This document shows, in pieces, positions 6,268-13,834 of a stretch of 15,071 bases of DNA (position 1 is its first letter; the number at the start of each line of letters is the position of its first letter). Below the pieces are notes generated by a model. That model was not told where the DNA came from. It worked only from the letters and a program-made list of their open reading frames with translations, and did not search any database. The stretch is from Raphidiopsis brookii D9. GTDB taxonomy: Bacteria; Cyanobacteriota; Cyanobacteriia; Cyanobacteriales; Nostocaceae. Both the position numbers and the translations under genes were made by a program. Where the stretch lies: the NCBI GenBank assembly GCA_000175855.1, contig ACYB01000044.1, positions 1 through 15,071 of the forward strand, in the 5' to 3' direction.

Positions 6268-6918
6268 ATGGCTAAAACACTCCACTCTATTTTTGAAGCA
6301 ATAGCCCATGTTGAAACCGAGCAGGAACTACAACAAGCTCTTATGGAAACTATTAGCTTACATTTTGGTGTGCACCATTGGGGTATTTCCTTTATTGAAG
6401 AGCAGTTCCTGACAGGAATAGAAATTCCAGAAATTCCTGCGGTTTGTTTGGAGGCCAATCCCGTAGGGAGTTATGTTGTAGAACGTCATGCACCCACCCA
6501 TGAACTGTTAGTCTTGGCTCCAGAAGACTGGAAAAACTTTTGTACTCGCCATGAACACGTGATGACAGGTCCCATAGTTTGTGATGGTAGACTGGTGGGA
6601 ACTCTGAATTTTGCCCGAGATCCTGGCAGTCCTCCCTTTAACAATAATGATTTAGCTGATTTAAGTGCTTTATGTATTCATTTATCAGCAAAAATTGCCA
6701 CTCTCCGAGTCAAGTGGAATATGGTCAAAACTATGACTGAATGTCCTTTAACTGCTAGGGAGTTAGAAATTGCCCAATTAGTTGCCCAGGGGTTAACAAA
6801 TGGGGAAATTGCCAGCCAACTTTGGATTAGTCAAAATACGGTTAAGCAGTCACTTAAAAGAATGTTTAAAAAGTTGGGTGTTTCTGCTCGTGCTGAAATG
6901 GTGGCTAAACTACATTAA
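6268..6918 (+). CDS. LuxR-family transcriptional regulator with a GAF-like N-terminal sensor domain and no receiver domain.
   Basis: The C-terminus LTARELEIAQLVAQGLTNGEIASQLWISQNTVKQSLKRMFKKLGVSARAEMV is a textbook LuxR/FixJ-type HTH. The N-terminus ends with the GAF-like pattern GPIVCDGRLVGTLNFARDPGSPPFNNNDLADLSALCIHLSAKIA. Confidence 0.9.
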   Translation: MAKTLHSIFEAIAHVETEQELQQALMETISLHFGVHHWGISFIEEQFLTGIEIPEIPAVCLEANPVGSYVVERHAPTHELLVLAPEDWKNFCTRHEHVMTGPIVCDGRLVGTLNFARDPGSPPFNNNDLADLSALCIHLSAKIATLRVKWNMVKTMTECPLTARELEIAQLVAQGLTNGEIASQLWISQNTVKQSLKRMFKKLGVSARAEMVAKLH

Positions 6919-9025
6919 GTTGACTGAGGTCAAATTCCCCTTGAGTAGTGAGCATTATGGCATGAATCAAGGCTTTTCCTTTGAGGAGTGTTTCCTGAAA
7001 CTCCATTTGGGGATCCGAAAGTGCGACAATACCACCACCAACCCCGATCACAGTTTGTTCAGCTGTGAGTACAGCAGTGCGAATCACAATGTTCAAATCA
7101 GCTGAACCATTCAAACCCAAAAAGCCGATCGCTCCTGAATATACTCCTCTTGCTTCTTGTTCTAATCGGTCAATAATTTCCATAGTTCTGATTTTTGGAG
7201 CACCTGTCATTGAACCACCAGGGAAAGCATTACGAATGCAATCTATAGCAGTCATGCCTTCACGTAAATAACCCCGAATAGTTGTTACCAGTTGATGTAC
7301 AGTGGCATAAGTTTCTACTTCCATTAAGTTGGGAACATGGACAGTACCAACTGCACAAACCCTTCCTAAATCATTACGAAGTAAGTCCACAATCATCAAA
7401 TTTTCGGCCCGATCTTTTTCGCTAGTCCGCAATCTTTCACCCAGGATAAAATCTTCCTCTGGTGTTTTTCCGCGTGGGAGTGTTCCCTTGATGGGTTTGG
7501 TTTCTACCCAACCTCGACAATCTATTTTTAAAAATCGTTCAGGAGATGAACAGGCGATCGCCAGATCACCGAAACGCAAAAATGCCGAGTAGGGAGCAGG
7601 ATTAATTGAGCGTAATGTGCGATAAAATGCCAGTGGATCGGGAGTGGCATTTGTTTTAATTTGATTAGTTAAACAAACTTGATAAGTTTCTCCTTCATGA
7701 ATTTCGTCCAGACTTTTCTGGATATCATTAAGATAAGTTTTTTTGCATCGACTTAATCGAAAATTCACTGATGTTTCTTTTTTTTCAGCAACAACGGGAG
7801 ACAGAGGAGGCAGATTTTTAAGCTGTTGTTCCATCCATGTAAACCAGGTTTCTGCTGAACTTGTTTCTCCTTGCTGAGTTAGGAAAATTAAATAAAGGGT
7901 TTGTTCTTGATGATCAATCGCAATCATGCGATCCACAAACAAAAACATAGCGTCAGGTAAGGGAGAAGGATGGTTTAATTTAACTCCAAATTCTGCCTTT
8001 AGTTCATAGCCAAAATAACCAACAAACCCACAGTTAAAATCAAATGGTAAATTATCAGATGAACATTGTCTTTGTTCCAGTTCCCCCTTGAGATATTGAA
8101 AAATACCCTCTTTCTTCAAGCTGATATGATTAGATTTTATCATCCTCAGTTCTTGGGACTGTGTTTGATAACGAATCAATAAACTGTTTTCACCATTACT
8201 ATCTCCCATAAAAGAAAAACGAGAAAGACCTGTTTCAACAAGACTACTGTCTAACCAGAAAGCATTGGGTGATTCGCCAAACAAATGTACGAACATTTGC
8301 TCAGCATCAGCATAAAGGTTTAATTTACGAGTACAAATTTCAAATTTTTGCTGCTGTTTTTCTCCAACATGGTTAGTTGGTAAAGGTGCATTTTGATTAT
8401 TTACTATCCAAGATTTCTGACTAGAAATTTTATCATTATCTTGCAGAAATTTATGAGTAATCCGTTTAAAGTTCTCAAATAAAGTATGTCCATATTCAGT
8501 ACAGATTGACTCTGGATGAAACTGCACACCCCACCGTGGTAAAAAACGATGACGTATTCCCATAATCAGATTGTCTTCTGTCCATGCCACTTTTTCTAAA
8601 CAGTCTGGTAAGTCATCTGCAACTAATAAGGAATGATAACGTACAGCAGAAAAAGGAGAAGGAATACCTGTAAACATATCAGTTCCATAATGGTAAATAT
8701 CACTCAAGCGACCATGATGAACTTCTGGTGCATGAATAACTTTTCCTCCATACTCATTACCCAGTCCTTGATGTCCCAAACATACACCTAAAAGTGGAAC
8801 TTTTGTATTTTGAATAGCTTGATGACAAATACCAAAATCTTTTAAATTCTCAGGACGACCAGGCCCTGGTGAAATCACAATATTATCAAATTCCCACTTT
8901 TGTAGTTCTTCCCATGCCATTTGGTTATTGTACACTACAGTGGGATATTCTCCATTAACTTCGGCAATTAATTGATAAAGATTAAAAGTGTAGGAGTCGT
9001 AGTTGTCAATAATTAGGGTTTTCAT
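6905..9025 (-). CDS. pabB: Bifunctional aminodeoxychorismate synthase (PabA glutamine amidotransferase fused N-terminally to PabB).
   Basis: N-terminal class-I GATase motifs: MKTLIIDNYDSYTFNL, LLGVCLGHQGL, VQFHPES. The C-terminal chorismate-utilising domain has SPERFL, PIKGT (Lys typical of PabB rather than TrpE; nt 7481-7495) and AFPGGSMTGAPK. The tracked ORF starts at GTG 9043; the ATG at 9025 gives the canonical MKTLIIDNYDSYT N-terminus. Confidence 0.9.
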   Translation of the reverse strand: MKTLIIDNYDSYTFNLYQLIAEVNGEYPTVVYNNQMAWEELQKWEFDNIVISPGPGRPENLKDFGICHQAIQNTKVPLLGVCLGHQGLGNEYGGKVIHAPEVHHGRLSDIYHYGTDMFTGIPSPFSAVRYHSLLVADDLPDCLEKVAWTEDNLIMGIRHRFLPRWGVQFHPESICTEYGHTLFENFKRITHKFLQDNDKISSQKSWIVNNQNAPLPTNHVGEKQQQKFEICTRKLNLYADAEQMFVHLFGESPNAFWLDSSLVETGLSRFSFMGDSNGENSLLIRYQTQSQELRMIKSNHISLKKEGIFQYLKGELEQRQCSSDNLPFDFNCGFVGYFGYELKAEFGVKLNHPSPLPDAMFLFVDRMIAIDHQEQTLYLIFLTQQGETSSAETWFTWMEQQLKNLPPLSPVVAEKKETSVNFRLSRCKKTYLNDIQKSLDEIHEGETYQVCLTNQIKTNATPDPLAFYRTLRSINPAPYSAFLRFGDLAIACSSPERFLKIDCRGWVETKPIKGTLPRGKTPEEDFILGERLRTSEKDRAENLMIVDLLRNDLGRVCAVGTVHVPNLMEVETYATVHQLVTTIRGYLREGMTAIDCIRNAFPGGSMTGAPKIRTMEIIDRLEQEARGVYSGAIGFLGLNGSADLNIVIRTAVLTAEQTVIGVGGGIVALSDPQMEFQETLLKGKALIHAIMLTTQGEFDLSQLNVV
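7554..7561. repeat. HIP1 palindrome GCGATCGC.
   Basis: Exact 8-mer, inside the pabAB CDS. Confidence 0.9.
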
Positions 9026-9193
9026 TTTTTTGGTAAATCTCACCGAAAAAGTTGAAATTGAGACACTAACACTGGACTCTTAGCTTTAGTTATGGGTGAG
9101 TCTAGTTGGTACGAACTGAGATCATGTGGACCAGGATACTCTGGGTAAACGAATTATTGTTTTTTTTGTTTTTTTAATCTTCCACTTGGTATC

Positions 9194-10378
9194 CTACCAA
9201 TCAACTTGCGATCGCTCTTTTAATACTTTCTCATAAACCGCAATAGTTTTTTGAGCCAATTGTGTCCAGCAAAAACGGCGCTCCAACTCTTGATATGCAT
9301 TATCTACTAGCCATTTTCCATAACCAGGATTTTTCAAGACTTCTAAGATTCCCCATGCTAATGAGTGGGGATTATTTACCTGAGTGATGATTCCCGTTTT
9401 TGTATGTTCAATAACCTCTGGAAAACCACCAGTATCGGAGACTATCACTGGTACTCTCGCAGCAAAACTCTCTAAGGCCACAATCCCAAAGGGTTCATAT
9501 AAACTGGGGAAAACTGCACAATCAGCTAGGGTTTGAAATTTATCTAAGTAATCGTCAGAAAGGAAACCTGTGAAATAACATTTGTCCCAAATTCCTAAAT
9601 CCCAAGCTTGTTGTTTTAAATGATCCGTATTCCCACCACCAATGATCACAAATTTCACATAACCAGCCATTTCCCAGAGAATTTGAGGAGCAGCGTTGAG
9701 TAATACCGGTATGCCCTTTTCGTGGGTTATTCTCCCAACATAATACACTATTTTCTCATGATCAGCCGCAAATTGCCGACGAAAGTTTTGGGCATGAAAA
9801 TCCCGATGATGACGTTTTTTCTCCGGACGAATACCATTATAAATTATATCTATTTTGTCCAAAGGACTGTGCAAGGCTCTGCTCACTTCCTTTTGCATAT
9901 ATTCGGTACAAACAATAATTCGCCAGGCATTATATGCCAATTCATTTTCTTTACTATGTACATAGTTTTGGATATCATTATGAATCCCATTACATCTTCC
10001 ATATTCTGTTGCATGAATAGTAGCAACTAAAGGAATTTTGAAATTGTGTTTTAGGGCGATCGCCGCATCCCCTACTAACCAATCATGGGCATGAATAATA
10101 TCAAAATATCCTTGCTTAATTAATTTACCACCATAATGACCCATACTCTGATTTAAATTGACTACCCAGTGAAAAAAATCATGGCTATGGGCTACTGGTA
10201 CTCGGTGCACATAAACACCTTCCACCACTTCATAAGGGGATGCTTGTTTCACATCGGGTGTAATTAGGTGAATTTCATGTCCTAATTTCACCAATTCTGG
10301 GTATAGCTCTCCCACATGACGAGCAATACCTCCAACTATCCTTGGTGGAAATTCCCAACTTAGTACCAGTATCTTCAT
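9194..10378 (-). CDS. Glycosyltransferase family 4 (GT-B fold, group 1).
   Basis: 394-aa ORF. The N-terminus MKILVLSWEFPPRIVGGIARHV and the C-terminal EX7E region PSLYEPFGIVALESFAARVPVIVSDTGGFPEVI fit the family. A GGGGAG Shine-Dalgarno sits ~8 nt upstream of the ATG. Confidence 0.9.
   Translation of the reverse strand: MKILVLSWEFPPRIVGGIARHVGELYPELVKLGHEIHLITPDVKQASPYEVVEGVYVHRVPVAHSHDFFHWVVNLNQSMGHYGGKLIKQGYFDIIHAHDWLVGDAAIALKHNFKIPLVATIHATEYGRCNGIHNDIQNYVHSKENELAYNAWRIIVCTEYMQKEVSRALHSPLDKIDIIYNGIRPEKKRHHRDFHAQNFRRQFAADHEKIVYYVGRITHEKGIPVLLNAAPQILWEMAGYVKFVIIGGGNTDHLKQQAWDLGIWDKCYFTGFLSDDYLDKFQTLADCAVFPSLYEPFGIVALESFAARVPVIVSDTGGFPEVIEHTKTGIITQVNNPHSLAWGILEVLKNPGYGKWLVDNAYQELERRFCWTQLAQKTIAVYEKVLKERSQVDW
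9208..9215. repeat. HIP1 palindrome GCGATCGC.
   Basis: Exact 8-mer, inside the 3' end of the GT4 CDS. Confidence 0.9.
10056..10063. repeat. HIP1 palindrome GCGATCGC.
   Basis: Exact 8-mer, inside the GT4 CDS. Confidence 0.9.
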
Positions 10379-10561
10379 TCTTTTGACTCCCCGATACTTT
10401 ACAAAAATTCAAATAACTAACAGGAATTCGAGACTTTTATTTTTTTTATCAACCTCCAACCTTTGATGTGGTTTTTGGCTTTCTAGGTCTCACAAAACGC
10501 TACACCAATAATATAGCTTTAGCCATAACACCTGGGATGGGTTTTGATTTTCCTCATGCTT

Positions 10562-10567
10562 TATAAT
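10562..10567 (+). promoter_or_regulatory. Perfect -10 hexamer (TATAAT) on the + strand inside the lepA-GT4 spacer.
   Basis: Exact TATAAT with no convincing -35. It lies ~30 nt upstream of the nested hairpin at 10598-10648, on the strand opposite both flanking genes. Confidence 0.25.
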
Positions 10568-10597
10568 TTTTTATCCAATTTCCAGGTAGGTGAGTGG

Positions 10598-10648
10598 AGT
10601 TACGAATTTCCGGGGGATTTTGCTCCCCCTTCCTTGCGTAACTTTTTG
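10598..10648 (+). terminator. Nested stem-loop followed by a T5 run. It has intrinsic-terminator geometry on the + strand; alternatively it is a lepA 3' structure.
   Basis: Outer 7-bp stem agttacg (10598-10604) / cgtaact (10637-10643). Inner 6-bp stem ggggga (10612-10617) / tccccc (10624-10629) with loop ttttgc. T-run at 10643-10647. On the - strand the structure is followed by ctccactcacc, with no U-run. Confidence 0.4.
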
Positions 10649-10683
10649 ATGCTTTGTACACACCCAAATTGATCTCATATTGA

Positions 10684-12495
10684 CTAGCTTTGATCTAACT
10701 TTAACACAGCCATAAAAGCTTCTTGAGGTACATCTACTGTCCCTACAGCTTTCATCCGTTTTTTACCCTTAGCTTGTTTTTGCAAGAGCTTTTTCTTACG
10801 GCTAATATCACCACCATAGCACTTAGCCAAAACATCTTTTCTCAAAGCAGGAATATGTTCACTAGCAATCACTTTAGTGCCTATAGCAGCCTGGATAGGA
10901 ACTTTAAACTGATGACGTGGAATTAATTCCTTCAACTTTTCGGCCATGGATCTACCCACATTATAGGCTTTATCTCGATGAACGATCATTGCCAGGGAGT
11001 CTACCGGGTCACCATTGATCATAATATCCAATTTTACCAGAGGATTTTCACGGTAGCCAATTAGATGATATTCCATACTAGCATAGCCACGGGATCGGGA
11101 CTTCATCTGATCAAAAAAGTCCGTTACTACTTCAGCTAGGGGAATTTCGTATGTAAGAGTGGTTCTACCTTGGGTAAGATATTTCATATCCTTAAATACA
11201 CCCCGACGATTTTGTGATAACTCCATTAGAGTTCCTACAAAGGTTTCTGGAGTAATCATTTCTACCTGTACATAGGGTTCTTCTATTCTTTCTCGATCAT
11301 TAGGTGCTGGTAGGTGGCTTGGATTATCAATATACAGTTCCTCACCCTTGATAGTAATTACCTTATAAACCACGGAAGGAGCAGTAATAATCAAATCTAG
11401 ATTATATTCCCGCTCTAACCGCTCCTGGACAATTTCCATGTGCAGCAAACCTAAAAACCCACAACGAAAGCCAAATCCCATAGCACTGGAAGTTTCTGGT
11501 TCATACTGCAAAGCAGCATCATTCAATCTTAGCTTTTCTAAAGCCTCCCGCAAGTCTTCAAATTGGTCTGCATCTATGGGGAACATACCGCAAAAGACCA
11601 TGGGATTAGCTTCAGTATAACCTGGCAAAGCTTCGTCAGCTTTAGCCTTTGCTAATGTAATAGTATCACCCACTCGTGCATCAGCTACCGCCTTAATCGC
11701 CGCAGCTAGATAACCTACCTCTCCCGCATGCAATTCTTCTACTTGGGTTTGGTTGGGACAAAGAACCCCTAACTCGTCAATTTCATACTCCTTGTCGGAG
11801 GCCATCAAATAAATGCGATCGCCTTTTTTGACTGTGCCATCCATTACTCGGAAATAAACTATTACTCCCCGGTAACTATCATAATAGCTATCAAAGATCA
11901 AAGCCCTTAATCTTTGACTGACAGTATCAGCTGCTGGGGGTATGCGCTCGACTATAGCCTCCAAAATTTCTGGAATACCTATTCCTTCCTTAGCAGAGGC
12001 TAAAATTGCTCCGCTACAATCCAGTCCAATAATTTCCTCAATTTCTCCAATGACCCGATTTGGTTCTGCTCCTGGTAAATCAATTTTATTTAATACGGGG
12101 ATAATTTCCAGGTCATGTTCCAAGGCCAAGTACACATTGGCTAGGGTTTGAGCCTCCACACCTTGGGAAGCATCAACTACCAATAAAGCACCTTCACAAG
12201 CAGCTAAAGAGCGTGAAACTTCATAGGAAAAGTCTACATGACCAGGAGTATCAATTAAGTTCAACACATACTGCTGTCCATCCTTAGCGGTATAATTCAT
12301 GCGGGCAGCTTGCAGCTTAATTGTAATGCCACGCTCCCGTTCTAGATCCATATTATCTAGGAACTGCTCTTTCATTTGTCGGTCTTCTACGGTCCCGGTG
12401 GACTGGAGTAAACGATCAGCCAGGGTGGACTTCCCATGATCTATATGAGCGATAATACAGAAGTTGCGAATGCGAATGGCGGGAACCTCAGTCAT
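10684..12495 (-). CDS. lepA: Translation elongation factor 4 (LepA/EF4).
   Basis: 603 aa. GTPase motifs [30 protein letters not shown] and NKIDLP are present, as is the conserved LepA C-terminal domain (...[15 protein letters not shown]...[31 protein letters not shown]). Confidence 0.98.
   Translation of the reverse strand: MTEVPAIRIRNFCIIAHIDHGKSTLADRLLQSTGTVEDRQMKEQFLDNMDLERERGITIKLQAARMNYTAKDGQQYVLNLIDTPGHVDFSYEVSRSLAACEGALLVVDASQGVEAQTLANVYLALEHDLEIIPVLNKIDLPGAEPNRVIGEIEEIIGLDCSGAILASAKEGIGIPEILEAIVERIPPAADTVSQRLRALIFDSYYDSYRGVIVYFRVMDGTVKKGDRIYLMASDKEYEIDELGVLCPNQTQVEELHAGEVGYLAAAIKAVADARVGDTITLAKAKADEALPGYTEANPMVFCGMFPIDADQFEDLREALEKLRLNDAALQYEPETSSAMGFGFRCGFLGLLHMEIVQERLEREYNLDLIITAPSVVYKVITIKGEELYIDNPSHLPAPNDRERIEEPYVQVEMITPETFVGTLMELSQNRRGVFKDMKYLTQGRTTLTYEIPLAEVVTDFFDQMKSRSRGYASMEYHLIGYRENPLVKLDIMINGDPVDSLAMIVHRDKAYNVGRSMAEKLKELIPRHQFKVPIQAAIGTKVIASEHIPALRKDVLAKCYGGDISRKKKLLQKQAKGKKRMKAVGTVDVPQEAFMAVLKLDQS
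11815..11822. repeat. HIP1 palindrome GCGATCGC.
   Basis: Exact 8-mer, inside the lepA CDS. Confidence 0.9.
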
Positions 12496-12542
12496 ATACC
12501 ATCTTTGCTTGATTAGCAGTCAAAATTTAAAAGTATTCACTT

Positions 12543-12591
12543 CATGTATTTTAATGCTTTATTGGACAATGGGTAATACATGATTGGCAAT
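12543..12591. promoter_or_regulatory. Operator-like cluster in the divergent lepA / RHH-gene promoter region: a 9-bp inverted repeat plus two ATTGG-N-CAAT palindromes.
   Basis: tcatgtatt (12542-12550) is the reverse complement of aatacatga (12575-12583). attggacaat (12561-12570) and attggcaat (12583-12591) are each palindromic (ATTG..CAAT), and their starts are 22 bp apart. Confidence 0.3.
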
Positions 12592-12711
12592 TCCTGCTCT
12601 TCCCCACTAAATCGGTAAATTGATTTTCAGGATATGATGTCACTGGATATAAAAACTGCCAGTTACAAATTGGTTATCTGGGGTTGGGCAATTTTTTGGG
12701 AATATAAACCT

Positions 12712-12948
12712 ATGAATATGGAAAAACATCACAATAAAACGGATAATACAAACGCCGAAAAAATAGAAATAGCATTACGTCTGGACTCGGAATTGATCGC
12801 TCAGATTCAACATCTCACCAATGACCCCAGTAAGGTCATAGAGGTTGCCATTCGTCAGTGGTTACGGGGAGATTTTCCCAGGGATGATGAACTGACTCGT
12901 ACCCCTATGCGCACCCCTGTCCCCCCAAGGGGTGAATGGAATGATTGA
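12712..12948 (+). CDS. Small hypothetical protein with a ribbon-helix-helix-like (CopG/Arc-type) pattern and a Pro-rich tail.
   Basis: 78 aa from ATG 12712 (MNMEKHHNK...). The segment KIEIALRLDSELIAQIQHLTNDPSKVIEVAIRQWLRG fits a beta-strand/helix/helix RHH layout. The track's longer start (12634) adds a W-rich, non-coding-looking extension. The start site is uncertain. Confidence 0.5.
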   Translation: MNMEKHHNKTDNTNAEKIEIALRLDSELIAQIQHLTNDPSKVIEVAIRQWLRGDFPRDDELTRTPMRTPVPPRGEWND

Positions 12949-13028
12949 GTCTCGACTTTCAACCACCCTAACTATGAGAAAAATCGGCTAAGCTTAAAGC
13001 TGTCCCCTACTAAACAGGTACCAAAACT

Positions 13029-13259
13029 ATGGAACTAACTCTTGAAAACGTTGAAACTGTACTAGATGAAATGCGACCCTACTTAATGTCCGATGGGGGT
13101 AATGTGGAAGTGGTAGAATTGGATGGACCAATTGTGAAACTACGCTTACAAGGGGCTTGCGGTTCTTGTCCTAGTTCTACTATGACACTAAGAATGGGCA
13201 TTGAACGCCGTCTCAAAGAAATGATTCCCGAAATTGGTGAAGTAGAACAGGTATTTTAA
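13029..13259 (+). CDS. nfuA: NifU C-terminal-domain (Nfu-type) Fe-S cluster scaffold/carrier protein.
   Basis: 76 aa. [57 protein letters not shown] contains the conserved CxxC of Nfu domains. Confidence 0.93.
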   Translation: MELTLENVETVLDEMRPYLMSDGGNVEVVELDGPIVKLRLQGACGSCPSSTMTLRMGIERRLKEMIPEIGEVEQVF

Positions 13260-13278
13260 CAGCTAAGGTAAAATTAGA

Positions 13279-13330
13279 AGAGGGACAAAGGATGCATTGG
13301 TAAGTTAATTCCCATCATCCTCTGCCCTTT
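13279..13330. terminator. Long imperfect hairpin between the convergent nfu and sufE genes.
   Basis: The left arm (13279-13300) pairs with the right arm (13311-13330): about 13 bp in the main stem with one mismatch and one bulge, plus a short inner extension around a 10-nt loop (taagttaatt). It abuts the sufE stop codon (13331-13333). Confidence 0.45.
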
Positions 13331-13768
13331 CTACTGGGCTTTTGGATCACATTCTAGCGCCTTTTTTTGCATGGTTCTGAAGATGTTGTAAAAACCATTG
13401 GCGCGGGAAGGTGTGAGACTAACGTTTAATCCCGTTGCCTGGATAAATTCCGGGGTTAGTTGTATAATTTCTTTAGGAGTTAATCCATTTAATCCTTCTA
13501 TTAAAAGTGCTAATAATCCCTTGGTTAGCTGAGAATCCGAATCTCCTGCAAACATTACCTTGCTGTCATGAAGTGTAGCTGTAACATATACCTGAGAAAC
13601 ACAACCGGGAACTTTGTTTTCTGGTACTTTGCCTGCTTGGGCAAACTCAGGTAGTTTCTGTGCATACCAAATTAGCTGTTGATAGCGACGCTTAGGATCG
13701 GAAGCACGTTGAAATCTTTGAACGATCTTCCCCAGAGCGGGTGGTAAGGAATCAGGACTCAAGGACAT
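13331..13768 (-). CDS. sufE: SufE-family sulfur acceptor (cysteine desulfuration protein SufE).
   Basis: 145 aa. Conserved motifs: RYQQLIWYAQKLP, the VPGCVSQVYV active-site Cys loop, and LTPSRANGF. Confidence 0.93.
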   Translation of the reverse strand: MSLSPDSLPPALGKIVQRFQRASDPKRRYQQLIWYAQKLPEFAQAGKVPENKVPGCVSQVYVTATLHDSKVMFAGDSDSQLTKGLLALLIEGLNGLTPKEIIQLTPEFIQATGLNVSLTPSRANGFYNIFRTMQKKALECDPKAQ

Positions 13769-13834
13769 AGTAAATTGAGAAAGTAATCTATCTGATTTTG
13801 AGTTTAACGCAGCAGGAAATTCACGGAAAGTTTT

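Noticed and set aside
5907-6458. ORFs 5907..6194 (+) and 6228..6458 (-).
   Set aside because: They are antisense to the DUF3386-like and LuxR CDSs respectively, with Cys/Ser-rich shadow translations.
6800-7592. Plus-strand ORFs 6800..7105, 7065..7271 and 7329..7592.
   Set aside because: They are out-of-frame with the luxR 3' end and antisense to pabAB, with no supporting features.
9044-9193. T-rich tracts (gttttttttgttttttt, about 9159-9176) and weak 4-7 bp stems between GT4 and pabAB, considered as a terminator or sRNA.
   Set aside because: The T-runs are on the plus strand while both neighbouring genes are on the minus strand, where they read as A-runs. The preceding stems are only about 4 bp, which is insufficient evidence.
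10589-10600. Yfr1-like single-stranded motif on the minus strand (ACUCCACUCACC following a G/C stem-loop).
   Set aside because: It only loosely resembles the conserved Yfr1 core as I remember it (ACUCCUCACAC). There is no second stem-loop or U-tail downstream on that strand.
10571-10678. 35-codon basic ORF on the minus strand starting 5 nt after the lepA stop (MRSIWVCTKHQKVTQGRGSKIPRKFVTPLTYLEIG).
   Set aside because: It has no Shine-Dalgarno, reads straight through the nested hairpin, and has no recognisable family. It most likely arises by chance.
9722-12151. Plus-strand ORFs 9722..10030, 10723..10926, 11438..11620 and 11942..12151.
   Set aside because: They are antisense to the GT4 and lepA coding sequences, which are unambiguous.
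12634-12711. Longer N-terminal extension of the small RHH-like ORF (MMSLDIKTASYKLVIWGWAIFWEYKP).
   Set aside because: The composition is W-rich and hydrophobic, unlike the rest of the protein, and looks non-coding. It would also place the start inside the putative promoter/operator region. I prefer ATG 12712, though this is unresolved.
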